54,775 bases of DNA from an uncultured bacterium (GCA_964448115.1 CAYUVA010000031.1:1-54775), one strand, 5' to 3'. Positions 30,617 through 41,813 are shown, counted from the stretch's first letter. The notes: generated from the letters alone by a model not told the origin. Numbers and translations are program-made.

Positions 30617-30645
30617 TGTATTTCCTATTTTAAGATGATAACAGA

Positions 30646-32259
30646 TCAGACCAATTTAAGGGTCTTTTTCTCTTTGCCCTGATTAAGCAGAGCCTTTAGA
30701 TCCGCCGCAGAAGCGGTTGAAGTTCCTGTCCCACGACAAGCTACACTGCTAACCGGCGCTCGAAGGTTCATTGTGCCTCTATCCACCAGCCCCGCTACCC
30801 AGGTCAGCTCTTGCGCAGGAAGCGGCTGGTTCAACGGAAGCTCAAGGAGCATCACTGGACCCAGGTCGCAATTTGCCGGCATGGTGAAGCGAACCGGCTG
30901 TGGGGTAGCAGCAAAGCTCGGATAATAGTACCAAGTTCCCATGTACCCGACCGCCAGGTACAAATCAGCCTCAAAGGCAGGGGATGGGTTGTGCAGGCGC
31001 AGGTAAACTCGCATAGTATCCCCGGCGCCATAAATCCTCTTATTGAGCGAAACCTCTACCAGGGCACTCGATTGGTATGCGCGATGCTCGATCATGGCAG
31101 CATCGCAGGTAACGCTGGCTCCGAAGATGCCACCATTGGCGTTTATGGTGGCAGCAGCGCTTGTCAGCCAGTCCTTGAGGTTGGAGTCGCTTGTGTTTAT
31201 GTCTGGATTATGATCGGGATCATTGTTTATCGGGTACAGGACATGCTTTGCGCCAATGTAGTCGAGCGCAACCGGGTCTATAGATGCCAGCAACGTGTTT
31301 GTCCTGGTGGTATTCTCCGGCGGATGCCCATCCCATCCCTTGTGGCAGACCCAGATACAATCGAGGATATTGATTATCGGCGGTCTCACCAGCGAGAACA
31401 TCCCCCCGGTCACCTCGCCGATCTTCTGGTAATGGAGAAGCACCGCGAAGCTGTACCAGTCGAGCAGCGACATGGAGAGAGTGCCATAGCCAAGCTTCAG
31501 CGCCCCGGTGATGCCGCAGCCATCGTGATCCTTGAGCACAGGGACATTTATGTACTTGAGGTTCTGATGATAGCGACCATCGCTATATACGCCCTCCCTA
31601 AGCTCTATGCGGGTGCCGAACCTGGTGGTGAAGCAGGGGTAGTTGACCAGGCTGTTCAGCTTGCGATAGCCGTGGTTGCTGTGATCGCTGATGCCTATCT
31701 CCCGCGTTCGTATATCATCGAGCAGGTAGGTGGAGACCGGCTTGCCGGCAAAGACCTCGTTAACCAGGTACTTGAAGCTGTGGGCTGGATTCTCTGCGTT
31801 TGCGTTCGGGGATGACCTGCCTCGGTCGCAGTCGAAGCTGCCGAAGCCTTGCCCGTTCTCGATAAGCACTATCTCTCCGCCAAAGCCGTCCGGGTGGTCG
31901 AGGATGCGCTGGATCAAGCCACGAACAACATCGGAGTTTGTGTTCCCCCGCTCGGTGAAGGTGGCGTTGACCTTGATCACCACTACATCATCCTTGTGTA
32001 TCAAGCCCTTGTTGGCGCTGAGCGCATCATCGAAGCTGGAGCGATAGAGCTTGCTGCCGCTCTCGGCAAGGCGATAGACGAGGTTATCCAAGCCGGGGTG
32101 GTAGTTATTACTCGCAAAGTCGGGGGTGGGGATTTGATTGACATGTGCGACCAGACTTTTGTCTGAGGCAGCGAATAAGGGCGCTGGCATCAACCTCAGG
32201 GGCGCAGCCAGACATGCTCCCCCCGCAGCCAAAATCTTCAAAAACTCCCGCCGTTTCAT
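30646..32259 (-). CDS. Tat-exported DUF362-family protein with C-terminal NP/YYPS module
   Basis: MKRREFLK Tat motif at 32259; [23 protein letters not shown] and DPVALD. Confidence 0.85.
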   Translation of the reverse strand: MKRREFLKILAAGGACLAAPLRLMPAPLFAASDKSLVAHVNQIPTPDFASNNYHPGLDNLVYRLAESGSKLYRSSFDDALSANKGLIHKDDVVVIKVNATFTERGNTNSDVVRGLIQRILDHPDGFGGEIVLIENGQGFGSFDCDRGRSSPNANAENPAHSFKYLVNEVFAGKPVSTYLLDDIRTREIGISDHSNHGYRKLNSLVNYPCFTTRFGTRIELREGVYSDGRYHQNLKYINVPVLKDHDGCGITGALKLGYGTLSMSLLDWYSFAVLLHYQKIGEVTGGMFSLVRPPIINILDCIWVCHKGWDGHPPENTTRTNTLLASIDPVALDYIGAKHVLYPINNDPDHNPDINTSDSNLKDWLTSAAATINANGGIFGASVTCDAAMIEHRAYQSSALVEVSLNKRIYGAGDTMRVYLRLHNPSPAFEADLYLAVGYMGTWYYYPSFAATPQPVRFTMPANCDLGPVMLLELPLNQPLPAQELTWVAGLVDRGTMNLRAPVSSVACRGTGTSTASAADLKALLNQGKEKKTLKLV

Positions 32260-32297
32260 AGCTATTAAAAATATTTTAGCCATTTAAGCAGCAGTAG

Positions 32298-34667
32298 TCA
32301 AATTACCGCATTGACAAATATAGAAGGCAAAATAATTATGGATATCAAATAAGTTAGCGACAATAGGGTTATGTATGCTCCTAATCGAAAGGAGAAGGGA
32401 TTGTATATCATCCTGATATCAGCCTCGCCAGGGGGGAGCTTAAGGCAGCGAAACATCAATTGGCATGGGTAAATCAAAGCTGCCTTCCCATTGATGAAGG
32501 CTTCCCAACCTGGGTAATAAACATCGTTGATAAGAAGATAGCCACCGTCTTTACTCAATGCTTTGGCCTCGATTATATGCGGCTCGTATCTGCTAAGCAC
32601 TAGTGCTGACCAGCCACGATCATATTCGACATTGTCCACATCATCCAGCCCCTCGATTATCAGTGTAGAGCGGATATCTAAATCGCCTGATGCCAGCAGC
32701 CTCATCGCTGAATGATGATCCGATGCATGAATAGCTCTACTGAAAAGTGATGCCTTGGAAAGGTAAGCTGGATCTTCATATATAATAAAATCGCCGACTT
32801 TTAAGCTCCAATATTGAGGATCAAGCTCTTTCTCCGCATCCCGTTTAGCGCGCACCTTGTCGATTATGAAACGAAGCCCCATAAATCGTGTATAGTCATT
32901 ATAATTTTCCACTCTTTTGATTATCCAATTGGCTGCTGGCTCCTCTCCCTGAGCAATGTTCATGTATCTAAGATAGCGGGATAAAACAACCGGATCATAA
33001 CCGCTTACCTCGTAGTAACCAAAGCGACTGCTGGCATCAAGATATCTTTCCTTGCGAAAGTTCACCCGAAAATACGGCTCCGACTCAGGCGTGATATGTT
33101 CAACCAGAGGCTTGAACAGATGACAGCCCTTTACTGGATAGGGGAGGATGTAGATGGAGCTGACATAATAAAGATCGGCAACTAACAGAACCAGCAGCGC
33201 TCGGATGGCAAGCTGGCGCCATTGAAAAAATAAAGCGATGAATAGTAACATGCAGCCAGTGAATAAAAATAAAGCAGCGCTGTACCTCAAGGATGAAAGA
33301 AGGCAACCCCGTGCTGACTCGACCAGCTTTTTGGCTGAGATTCCGTTCGCCTTCGCGAGCTGTACGACTCCGCCAGGGGACAGCTTTTCTATCATAAGAT
33401 AAACCGAGAACGGATCCTGGTAAGAGACATTTGAAATGATGAACATGAGCGAAGCAATCAGGATGCATGATATTGCAAAAGCGGTAGCCAGCTTTCTATT
33501 AACCCTCGAATGCAATAGTAGTTCAATCCCCTGTCCGGCAAGCACTGCTAATGTAAAAACCGTAAATATCAAGAACCGCGAGGGTATCCTGAAGATGCTT
33601 ATCCCTGGAATAAATCGGTATGCAAGATTATAAAAAGGAAATAACTCGCCGAAGGATAATAAAAGCGAGATGACTAAGATAAAGACCCAAACTAGCCGTT
33701 TGGCTTTTTTATGAAATAATCCAATGAACGCAAGCACTAAGCCGGGAATACTAATGTATATAAACAGCCACTGCAGCGCTCCTGATCCCCAGTATGGCGT
33801 CTTTAGTATATCGCCGAATAGAAATGGAGACATAGCCAATAAAAGGTTCGATGGACTAAGCGACTCCTTTACCGATAATAGCTTGTTTAATCCTTCGCTT
33901 CTGGTGGAGTGCAAGGTTACTTCGAGGCTGGGGAGTATTTGAATCGAGGATAATAATAGACCAAATATCAAAGCGCCGATACCGTAGCAAAATAACCGCA
34001 GCGCATTGACGCTCCCCTTAAGCAAACCATGACACAATGAATAAACAAGCACAAGAGCGAGCATCAGATAGAATATGTAAACGAGAAACTGCGGATGCCC
34101 GGCAAGGGCAACGAGCCACAATAAGATCCCTAAGCCGATGGCATCTCGCATGTGCAAGGAATCGGTCAGCCTGAAAAAAAGCAGTATCAATAAGGGTATA
34201 TAAGCGAAGATATAAGTGCAGTTCGGCGTGCCATAGAAGACTCGCATTATCATGTAAGGTGAGTAGCCATAAATAATTGCAGAACAAAGCGAGCCTAAAA
34301 CCGTCATCTTAAGATATCTGGAAAGGTAAAACATAAAGATAGAAGCGGCTAGAATGTGTAAAACCTGGCTAAGCTTGAGCAAGATATGGACCGGCAGCCA
34401 TAATAAAGGATAATTCGGCAGGTAAAACACGGAGCCTTGCATTCCAGCCAGAAACGGCGTTCCGCAGTAATAATGAGGATTCCACAGCGGAATCAAGCCC
34501 TGCTTGAGCATCTTTGCGCTGTAGCTATACCAATAGTAAAACTGCGAGACGAGATCATTGCCCCATAACATCGCATCGCTGAATAATACTTGAGCAAAAA
34601 AGAGGAGATTTATGGCTAATAGACTTGTCAGGGCGGCGACTACTTCCCCTTTGTTAGAACCTTTCAA
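32298..34667 (-). CDS. YfhO-family membrane protein (GT-C-like)
   Basis: PLWNPHYYCGTPF, GHPQ, FRIPSRF, VSGYDP and YYPGWEAFING. Confidence 0.85.
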   Translation of the reverse strand: MKGSNKGEVVAALTSLLAINLLFFAQVLFSDAMLWGNDLVSQFYYWYSYSAKMLKQGLIPLWNPHYYCGTPFLAGMQGSVFYLPNYPLLWLPVHILLKLSQVLHILAASIFMFYLSRYLKMTVLGSLCSAIIYGYSPYMIMRVFYGTPNCTYIFAYIPLLILLFFRLTDSLHMRDAIGLGILLWLVALAGHPQFLVYIFYLMLALVLVYSLCHGLLKGSVNALRLFCYGIGALIFGLLLSSIQILPSLEVTLHSTRSEGLNKLLSVKESLSPSNLLLAMSPFLFGDILKTPYWGSGALQWLFIYISIPGLVLAFIGLFHKKAKRLVWVFILVISLLLSFGELFPFYNLAYRFIPGISIFRIPSRFLIFTVFTLAVLAGQGIELLLHSRVNRKLATAFAISCILIASLMFIISNVSYQDPFSVYLMIEKLSPGGVVQLAKANGISAKKLVESARGCLLSSLRYSAALFLFTGCMLLFIALFFQWRQLAIRALLVLLVADLYYVSSIYILPYPVKGCHLFKPLVEHITPESEPYFRVNFRKERYLDASSRFGYYEVSGYDPVVLSRYLRYMNIAQGEEPAANWIIKRVENYNDYTRFMGLRFIIDKVRAKRDAEKELDPQYWSLKVGDFIIYEDPAYLSKASLFSRAIHASDHHSAMRLLASGDLDIRSTLIIEGLDDVDNVEYDRGWSALVLSRYEPHIIEAKALSKDGGYLLINDVYYPGWEAFINGKAALIYPCQLMFRCLKLPPGEADIRMIYNPFSFRLGAYITLLSLTYLISIIILPSIFVNAVI

Positions 34668-34672
34668 GACAT

Positions 34673-35917
34673 TTACCTGACTTTGCTTATCGCCTTCAAT
34701 CGCTCAAGAATGAATTGGGCATATCGTTCCCATGAGCGCTCTTTTGCCACTCTCATCCCCTCGCTCAGGCGATTTGTATCCGGTTCGCCAAGGATACCTT
34801 CAACTTTATCGATAAAATCATCAGCATCGGAATAGATATAGACAAGTTCCCCATAGTAGCGCACCACATCGGGGATTGCTGGGCTTACTACCGGCTTGCC
34901 GCCTGCCATGTATTCGAGGATCTTGGTTGGGTTTATATGCATGGTTATCTTGTTGAGCACAAAAGGTATAGAGCATACATCAAAGGCAGCCATGTAACTG
35001 GGAAGCTGAGCGTAATCCCTGGCACCCACCAGGTGTACATTTGGCAGTGAAAGCAACCCTGAAAAGTCGCCGATAATAGGTCCAATCAAGAAAAATTGCC
35101 ATTCGGGTCTTTTCTTGGCGACCTTTTCGATGAGCTGCTGATCTATCCTCTCATCGACCATGCCAAAATAGCCGATAATTGGATGCGGAACCTGGCTGAT
35201 GTCCTGCGGAAGCCTGGTTTGTAGAAATGCTGCCCGGTTGAAGTGCTCAAACTCCACGCCACAGGGCAAAAGATTTATCTCTCCCCTTGCCATTGGCTTC
35301 TTGCGCTCGTAAAGTTCCCTGGTGCCAGCAAATACCAGATCGGCTTTTGATAAAATATATCGTTCTCCGATGGAGAAACCACGGCGCGACCACTCGAAGC
35401 CGCTGTACTCATCCAGGATATCGTAAACGAGTATCTCATGCTCGATTACATCGCAAAGATAGCTGTACTTCGGATTGTTGAACCAGAGGATATCGACCCT
35501 CGAATGGGGAATAGTTTCTCTAAGATAGGCGTTGAGTATCCAGCGGTTTAGCCATCGCAATATAAAAAATGAATCCTCGCCAGAGAGCAGAACCGGCTCC
35601 AGGATCGCAATCCGCTCATCGATGATATCAAGACTGGCTGTGCATGATCGTATCTCGCCTTTGACCATATCCTTGACATAGCGCGGGGTAAGATAAAGGA
35701 CAGTGTAGTATTGCTTGATCCTGACCACCGTCTGCTGCGGTCGATGCCAGATCCCTCTCCATGGATAGCCGCAGATGCATAGCATGGTTCTATCGGCTTT
35801 TTCTAGAATCTTTTGGACATCAGGAGCACCGCCAAGGCGTCTTTTACGCGCATGGGAGAATAAGAAATTAACCAGCAGCTTAATTGAAAAATAAAAGAAC
35901 CGAGGATAAACACGCAT
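34673..35917 (-). CDS. GT4/TuaH-like glycosyltransferase
   Basis: WHRPQQ, YDILDEY, IIGYFG, NPTKILEYMAGGKPVVS. Confidence 0.88.
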   Translation of the reverse strand: MRVYPRFFYFSIKLLVNFLFSHARKRRLGGAPDVQKILEKADRTMLCICGYPWRGIWHRPQQTVVRIKQYYTVLYLTPRYVKDMVKGEIRSCTASLDIIDERIAILEPVLLSGEDSFFILRWLNRWILNAYLRETIPHSRVDILWFNNPKYSYLCDVIEHEILVYDILDEYSGFEWSRRGFSIGERYILSKADLVFAGTRELYERKKPMARGEINLLPCGVEFEHFNRAAFLQTRLPQDISQVPHPIIGYFGMVDERIDQQLIEKVAKKRPEWQFFLIGPIIGDFSGLLSLPNVHLVGARDYAQLPSYMAAFDVCSIPFVLNKITMHINPTKILEYMAGGKPVVSPAIPDVVRYYGELVYIYSDADDFIDKVEGILGEPDTNRLSEGMRVAKERSWERYAQFILERLKAISKVR

Positions 35918-35918
35918 C

Positions 35919-36737
35919 CTATCTTCCTAGGGAACGCAGCTTCTGCATGGCTTTTTCAAGCTCCCTCTTTGTTTTAGGATCTAACTTGATCTGCTCACCG
36001 CCTTGTGCCTTATCTAGTGAACCGAGCGTTGAGCCGGGGGAGCTGGTCGATGCAGAAGATGATGTTGCGGAGCTCCCCGGTCCGCGGATGACCTCGACTT
36101 TGGTGGATGGCTTGGAGGGTCTGGCAATTGGCTTCCCTTCCTTCTTCTTTATCCTCGCCAGCTCTTCAGCGCGCTGTTTTTCTATCTCCTTTCGATGTTC
36201 CTCTTCAATCTTAGCCTGGGCGAGTTCGAGCTTCTGTTTGGCGGTTGATTTAAGCGCCTGGTCCGCATTCTTGTAAGCCTTTTGGTACCTTATTGCTGCT
36301 GCGTTGTATAATCCGCTATTGAAGTTATCATCACCCAGCTCGATCAGCCACTCGGCGTACTGATGTTGGAATTGTATAAGCGCCTCCCTAACTTCTTCTG
36401 ACTTGGGGTGGCTATGCTTCATGAAGATGAAAAGCGCTTTTTGGTAGTCATCAACTGCGCTCTCGTAGTCCTGTTTGCCAAGCGCTTCAGCGCCTTGCGA
36501 TAGCAGCTTGCCAGCCTGGATAAGATCCTCGCACTTTGCAGCCGCCTGCTTGGCGTAGGATGCATATTTGCTATCTGGGTGCTTTTGCATGAGCAACCTA
36601 TATTGGGTCAACGCTTTCTCATAGTCCCCAGCAGCGGCAAGCTCGTTAGCCTTGTCGTAAATCCTTCGCTCGGCGCATCCGCTGGTAAGAACTGTTAGCA
36701 AAAGTATGATCATCGAGTATTTCAATAGCCTAGTCAT
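35919..36737 (-). CDS. TPR-containing lipoprotein
   Basis: Lipobox LTSGC and TPR-like helices (GDYEKALTQY, HPDSKYA). Confidence 0.75.
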   Translation of the reverse strand: MTRLLKYSMIILLLTVLTSGCAERRIYDKANELAAAGDYEKALTQYRLLMQKHPDSKYASYAKQAAAKCEDLIQAGKLLSQGAEALGKQDYESAVDDYQKALFIFMKHSHPKSEEVREALIQFQHQYAEWLIELGDDNFNSGLYNAAAIRYQKAYKNADQALKSTAKQKLELAQAKIEEEHRKEIEKQRAEELARIKKKEGKPIARPSKPSTKVEVIRGPGSSATSSSASTSSPGSTLGSLDKAQGGEQIKLDPKTKRELEKAMQKLRSLGR

Positions 36738-36769
36738 CGTTTGATTCCCCCTTTTTGTTCTTCTTTTTC

Positions 36770-37543
36770 CTAGATAGGAAGCCTAGCTCCCTGTAGGCTT
36801 GATTTCTCTATAATAACGCTATCGAAGTTCTTGACCCCCTCCAGGTTGCAGTTATCGAAGTTGACCTCGATGAAGGTCGCCCGCTCGAAATCAGCCCCAC
36901 TAAAGTTGGAACCGCTGAAGTCAACCCGATAGAAGTATGCATCGGTGAACCTTATCAATCTAAGGTCTTGATTGGATAGACTACAGCTTTTGAAATTTGT
37001 TCCCGCCAGGTTAGCTAGTCGTAGTATCACACCCTGTAACGCAGCTCGCTCGAAATCAGAACCCTCGAGATCCGCTGATGTCAGGTTGGTAAGGCTCAAG
37101 TCAGCGCCGCTCAGGTCAGCGAAGCGAATGTTTGCCCGAGACAGGTTTGCCTTGTTCAGTTTTGCATTCTTAAGGATGCACCCCTGGAAGTCAGCGCCTT
37201 TGGCATTCATCTCCATCAGCTCGGCTCGTGTCAGATCAGAGCTTGAAAAGTTGGCTGCTTCGGCAATAGCGCCGATCAGACTCATATTCTTCCCCGATAT
37301 GCCAATCAGCCTGGTCTGTCTCAGGATGCTACCAGCCAGGTCGGCATTCTCCAGCCTGGCTTCGGTGAGATCGCAGCCGCTGAGGTTCATCTTCTTCATC
37401 TTGGCGCCGGTGAGGTCAGAGCCTTTCATATTGACCCCGCGCAGATCCATGCCGACAAGGTTGGCGTAGCGCAGGTTGCTGTCGCTCAGACTGCCCCGTT
37501 GTTTTACAATGCGGGCTATCTCCTCACGGGTAAACCGACTCAT
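36770..37543 (-). CDS. Pentapeptide-repeat protein
   Basis: Continuous A[DN]Lxx repeats. Confidence 0.95.
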   Translation of the reverse strand: MSRFTREEIARIVKQRGSLSDSNLRYANLVGMDLRGVNMKGSDLTGAKMKKMNLSGCDLTEARLENADLAGSILRQTRLIGISGKNMSLIGAIAEAANFSSSDLTRAELMEMNAKGADFQGCILKNAKLNKANLSRANIRFADLSGADLSLTNLTSADLEGSDFERAALQGVILRLANLAGTNFKSCSLSNQDLRLIRFTDAYFYRVDFSGSNFSGADFERATFIEVNFDNCNLEGVKNFDSVIIEKSSLQGARLPI

Positions 37544-37685
37544 CTAGGCTTCGCTTAGGTTAAGTATTTTCCATTCTTGGATTATTCTAGGTAAGGGTAT
37601 GAAAGGTGTCAAGAAAACCAATTTTTAAAGTATCTAGTTCCTTTCTTTTATTCATTGTATTATATGGCTTTTAATCCAACGCCTT

Positions 37686-37816
37686 TATCACTTTATCACT
37701 CTATCACTTCCCGTGATTACTGGATTCCCGCCGGAGTTTACCCCGCACTTGATGCGGGGCGGGAATGACAGAAAGGAGGCGCGGTGGTGATACAACTCAT
37801 GTATCAAGAGCAACCT
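37686..37816 (-). repeat. Copy of the intergenic palindromic repeat, inverted orientation
   Basis: TATCACTCTATCACTTCCCGTGATTACTGGATTCCCGCCGGAGTTTACCCCGCACTTGATGCGGGGCGGGAATGACA is the near-exact reverse complement of 51056-51131. Confidence 0.9.
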
Positions 37817-37855
37817 AAAGGATTGCCCATCCAGAAAAACTGCGATGTTCCTATG

Positions 37856-39010
37856 CTAGGCTAGTTGTTGTCTTACCGAGACAACGATCTTGTAAAGCAC
37901 GGTTACGATCAACGCTCCCAGGGCATATATTCCTACCGAGATAGCTAGCTCCGGCATGGTCGGCGAGTACTCGATGATCTCGTGCATCGGATTGGGGATG
38001 AAGCCGCCGACTACCAGCCCCAAGCCCTTGTCTATCCAGGTGCCCAGGATAATGGCAACAACGCCGACGCCCAGGATGCCCTCCCGGCGCCTGAAGCGGG
38101 GGATGATCAGCAAGGGGAGTCCTATGGCAGCCAAAAGAAGCGATACCTGCATGAATGGCGCTAGATTCCCCGCACCATGAAGCCCGAAGAAGAGGTACTT
38201 AAGCGACTCGTAGTGGGAGGGGACTCCGCTGTAATAAGCAGTAAAGAACTCCAAGCCGAGAAAGAAGACATTGGCCATCATGGCATAAGTAACTATCTTG
38301 GCAAGCGCCTGCACCGGCTCCTTGCCCACCTTGAAGCTGCTGACCTTGCGCAGAATGAAGATGAGTATGATCAGGATGCCGGGACCGGCTGCGAACGCAG
38401 AAGCGAGAAACCTGGCAGCCATGATGGCGGTAAACCAAAGATGCCTTCCCGCCAAGCCAGCGTAAAGAAAGGCGGTAACAGTGTGGATGCTGACCGCCCA
38501 GGGGATGGATAGGTATATAACCGGCTTTATCCACTTGGGTGGTGGAACCTGTTTACGCTCCGCTCCCAGGGTTACAAAGCCGATAAAAAGGTTCAAGGCA
38601 AGGTAGCCGGAGAGTACGAACATATCCCAGAACATCACCGAGTTTGGTGTTGGGTGCAGGATCACATTGGTTACGCGGGTCGGCATGCCCATATCGACAA
38701 AGACAAATAGCATGCACATAATAACCGCCGAGATGGCTAGGAATTCGCCCAAAATGGTTACCTTGCCGAACTGCTTGTAGTTGTGCAGGTAATAGGGTAA
38801 CACTACCATGACCGCCGAGGCGGCGACTCCGACCAGATAGGTCAACTGCGCGATGTAAAAGCCCCAGGTTACATCCCGGCTCATCCCGGTGATCCCTAAG
38901 CCGACCTGCAACTGCCTCATGTAGAAGTAAAATCCTATACCGATGAGGATAAACAGGGTAAACAACCATCCGTAGTACTTTTTATCTCCCGTAATCGCTT
39001 TCTCTATCAT
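37856..39010 (-). CDS. dsrP: DsrP (NrfD/PsrC family membrane subunit)
   Basis: GLGITGMSRDVTWGFYIAQLTYLVGVAA, SIPWAVSIHTVTAF; operon context. Confidence 0.95.
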   Translation of the reverse strand: MIEKAITGDKKYYGWLFTLFILIGIGFYFYMRQLQVGLGITGMSRDVTWGFYIAQLTYLVGVAASAVMVVLPYYLHNYKQFGKVTILGEFLAISAVIMCMLFVFVDMGMPTRVTNVILHPTPNSVMFWDMFVLSGYLALNLFIGFVTLGAERKQVPPPKWIKPVIYLSIPWAVSIHTVTAFLYAGLAGRHLWFTAIMAARFLASAFAAGPGILIILIFILRKVSSFKVGKEPVQALAKIVTYAMMANVFFLGLEFFTAYYSGVPSHYESLKYLFFGLHGAGNLAPFMQVSLLLAAIGLPLLIIPRFRRREGILGVGVVAIILGTWIDKGLGLVVGGFIPNPMHEIIEYSPTMPELAISVGIYALGALIVTVLYKIVVSVRQQLA

Positions 39011-39027
39011 CTTGCTTGGCTCCTGCT

Positions 39028-39801
39028 TTATGAGATAAGGTAATAAACTTGGGGTCTGGTTCCCAGCTCCGGCTTTCTTATGATCGCATATCGATCCTTG
39101 AGCAGCTTGCTCACCTCGGAGTCAGGATCAGCGATGTCTCCAAACAACAGCGCTTTCTCAGGGCATGCCTCCACGCAGGCGGGAATCATCCCCTTTGCCA
39201 GCCTCTCTGCGCAGAAGTTGCACTTTTCGACCACACCCTTTGTGCGAGTAGGATACTCTGGATTGGGCTGCTCGATGAATAGCTTGGGATCTCGCCAGTT
39301 GAAGCTGCGCGAGCCATAAGGACAGGCGGCAATGCAGTATCGGCAACCGATGCAGCGATGGTAGTCCATCATGACGATCCCATCGGTATTCCTGCGGAAG
39401 GTCGCCTTGGTGGGGCAGACCCTTACACAAGGAGGATTATCGCAATGATTGCACATCACGAGCATCTCTATGCCCTTAAATTTACCTGCAACATTCTCAT
39501 GATACTGGCTGGGGAATGCGTGCTTGAAGTGCTCCTTCCAGATCCACTTGACCTCTTCCTTTCTCCCCTCGATGCGAGGCACATTGTGCACCGTATGGCA
39601 GGCATCGATGCACTTGGTGCAGTCATGTTTGCACTTTGTCGGGTCTATCACCATAGCCCACCTGGTTCCGCTTAGCGTTTCTGGATTGATGGAATATTGC
39701 TGCTTGGTTATGGTCTCGCTGGCGAGCGCTTTGAGCGCTGGTGCGGCAGCCATGCCGATGAGCGCTGCGCCGGTCGCCTTGAGAAAATCGCGTCTATTCA
39801 T
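39028..39801 (-). CDS. dsrO: DsrO, Tat-exported 4Fe-4S protein
   Basis: MNRRDFLK at 39801; CNHCDNPPCVRVCP, CIGCRYCIAACP and KCNFC. Confidence 0.95.
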   Translation of the reverse strand: MNRRDFLKATGAALIGMAAAPALKALASETITKQQYSINPETLSGTRWAMVIDPTKCKHDCTKCIDACHTVHNVPRIEGRKEEVKWIWKEHFKHAFPSQYHENVAGKFKGIEMLVMCNHCDNPPCVRVCPTKATFRRNTDGIVMMDYHRCIGCRYCIAACPYGSRSFNWRDPKLFIEQPNPEYPTRTKGVVEKCNFCAERLAKGMIPACVEACPEKALLFGDIADPDSEVSKLLKDRYAIIRKPELGTRPQVYYLIS

Positions 39802-40183
39802 TGAGGTTCTCCTTTTCTTGATGGTGGCAGTCCCAACAGGTCGGTTCAACGGCTGAGTAATCATGGCAGCGGTTGCAGAAGCCCTCGGTGTCGCTGTGGC
39901 AGTCCAGGCAGGTGTTAGTGAGGCTTATCTGGTAAGCCTGCCCATCACTGGCTGTATAAAGCCGTTTTCCCTCCCTGACCGCCTTGTCCCGCCAGGTGTT
40001 GAGCAGATCCATGTGATAAGCCTTCATGTATTCAAGGGGTTCTACACAGTCTGGCTCGTCTGTGCCGATAACAAGCTTAGGAGCTGGTTCCCTGGCGCCG
40101 ATAGCGTAGTTAAGCCAAAAGGGACTGGTGAATATCAATAAAAAGGCAAGGATGCCCAGAAGTACAAGGCTCTTATCGTACAT
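39794..40183 (-). CDS. dsrJ: DsrJ triheme cytochrome c
   Basis: Three CxxCH motifs (CLDCH, CNRCH, CWDCH), CVE..YMKAYHMDLL..WRD, N-terminal membrane anchor. Confidence 0.95.
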   Translation of the reverse strand: MYDKSLVLLGILAFLLIFTSPFWLNYAIGAREPAPKLVIGTDEPDCVEPLEYMKAYHMDLLNTWRDKAVREGKRLYTASDGQAYQISLTNTCLDCHSDTEGFCNRCHDYSAVEPTCWDCHHQEKENLNE

Positions 40184-41813
40184 CCGCTGTTTCCTCCTTT
40201 ATCTGTTTCCATGGTGTACCCCGCAAGTCAGCATCTCGTTGATCCCCTTCAATAATAAGCGCATTAGCCACCAGCTCGTGCAGTCCGCCGACCTCGACCC
40301 CCGGCACCCAGTAGTCCATTAAAGCTGGTAAGGTAGCCTTGTCGATGGCGCAGATGCAGCAAAGCAGGTTGACCCCGTGCTTCTGCCTGACATACTTGAC
40401 AGCATTGGCTCTGGGAAGCCCGCCGCGCAGGCGCATCTCCAGGTTCTCGTCGGTGCCCAAGCCGGCTCCGCTCCCGCAGCAGAAGGTCTGCTCCTTGATG
40501 GTGTTCTCCGGCATCTCGAAGAAGTTATTGCACACCTTGCGCAGGATGTATCTCGGCTCTTGGAGCAAGCCCATGCCCCGGGCTGGATTGCACGAGTCAT
40601 GGAAGGTTACCCGCCAGTGATCGTTGCGACTCGGATCCAGCCTCAGCACATTATTGTGCAGAAGGTCAGCGGTGAACTCGCAGATATGCACCATCTTGGT
40701 CGATCTTGTGTTCTCGAATACGGTGCCGGTGATGGGGGACTTGGGAACCTCCAGGAAGTCGGCAGGTCCGTTCAAGGTATCCATATATTGATGGAGCACT
40801 CGCCACATGTGCCCGCATTCTCCGCCCAGCAGCCATTTCACCTTCAATCGCTTCGCTTCGGCATAGATCTTGTAATTGAGCCGCTTCACCGACTCGTAGG
40901 AGTGGAACAGACCGAAGTTGCCACCCTCAGAGGCATAGGTGCTGAAGGTATAGTCAAGCCCGATGGTATGGAACAACAAAAGATAGCCTAAAAAGGCGTA
41001 GTAGTGCGGGTCTGCAAAGTAATCGGCAGAGGGGACTATGAAAAGGATCTCGGCTCCCTTCTTGTTGATCGGCACCTCGATGTCCATGCCGGTCATATCT
41101 TTGAGATCTTGCACGGCAAACTCGATGCTATCCACGAAGCCGTGCGGTTGGATGCCGAGATGATTGCCGGTGCGGTGGCAATTGGCAAGCGGAGTGCAGA
41201 TCCAATCGATGTTGATCCCCACCAGGTTCATCAGCTCCCGAGCCATCATGGTTATCTCCGCTGTATCGATTCCATAAGGGCAAAATACGGAGCAGCGACG
41301 GCACTCGGTGCACTGATAGAAGTAGTAGAACCACTCCTTGAGCACATCGATGGTAAGCTCCCTTCCCCCGGCGATGCGTCCCATCAGCTTTCCCCAGGTG
41401 GTGAAATCGTTACGATACACCGAGCGCAGCAGCTCAGCCCTGAGCACTGGCATGTTCTTGGGGTCGCCGGAGCCTATAAAGTAATGACACTTGTCCGCGC
41501 AGGCGCCGCAGCGCACGCAGATATCCATAAAAACCTTGAAGGTGCGGTATTTATTAAGTCGATCCCGCATTCCCTCGAAGATTATCTCCCTCCAGTTTTC
41601 GGGCAGCTTCCAGTCCTCGTCCATCGGCTGCCACTTCCTGGGAAAAGGAAGATCTAGGTATTCTATCGAACTCGGCTGGGCTGCGTAGTTGAAGGTGCCC
41701 CGCTTGAACTCGACCTTCGGCTCCAGCCAGTTCACTTTTCGTGGTGGCTTATAGTCAATGGTTTGGAATAATTCCCTCGGTTTAGGTAACTTAGCTTCCG
41801 ACATTTTACTCAT
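40173..41813 (-). CDS. dsrK: DsrK (HdrD-like Fe-S catalytic subunit)
   Basis: CVRCGACADKCH, DPKNMPVLRAELLRSVY, CTECRRCSVFCP, GECGH and FCCGSGAG. Confidence 0.96.
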   Translation of the reverse strand: MSKMSEAKLPKPRELFQTIDYKPPRKVNWLEPKVEFKRGTFNYAAQPSSIEYLDLPFPRKWQPMDEDWKLPENWREIIFEGMRDRLNKYRTFKVFMDICVRCGACADKCHYFIGSGDPKNMPVLRAELLRSVYRNDFTTWGKLMGRIAGGRELTIDVLKEWFYYFYQCTECRRCSVFCPYGIDTAEITMMARELMNLVGINIDWICTPLANCHRTGNHLGIQPHGFVDSIEFAVQDLKDMTGMDIEVPINKKGAEILFIVPSADYFADPHYYAFLGYLLLFHTIGLDYTFSTYASEGGNFGLFHSYESVKRLNYKIYAEAKRLKVKWLLGGECGHMWRVLHQYMDTLNGPADFLEVPKSPITGTVFENTRSTKMVHICEFTADLLHNNVLRLDPSRNDHWRVTFHDSCNPARGMGLLQEPRYILRKVCNNFFEMPENTIKEQTFCCGSGAGLGTDENLEMRLRGGLPRANAVKYVRQKHGVNLLCCICAIDKATLPALMDYWVPGVEVGGLHELVANALIIEGDQRDADLRGTPWKQIKEETADVR

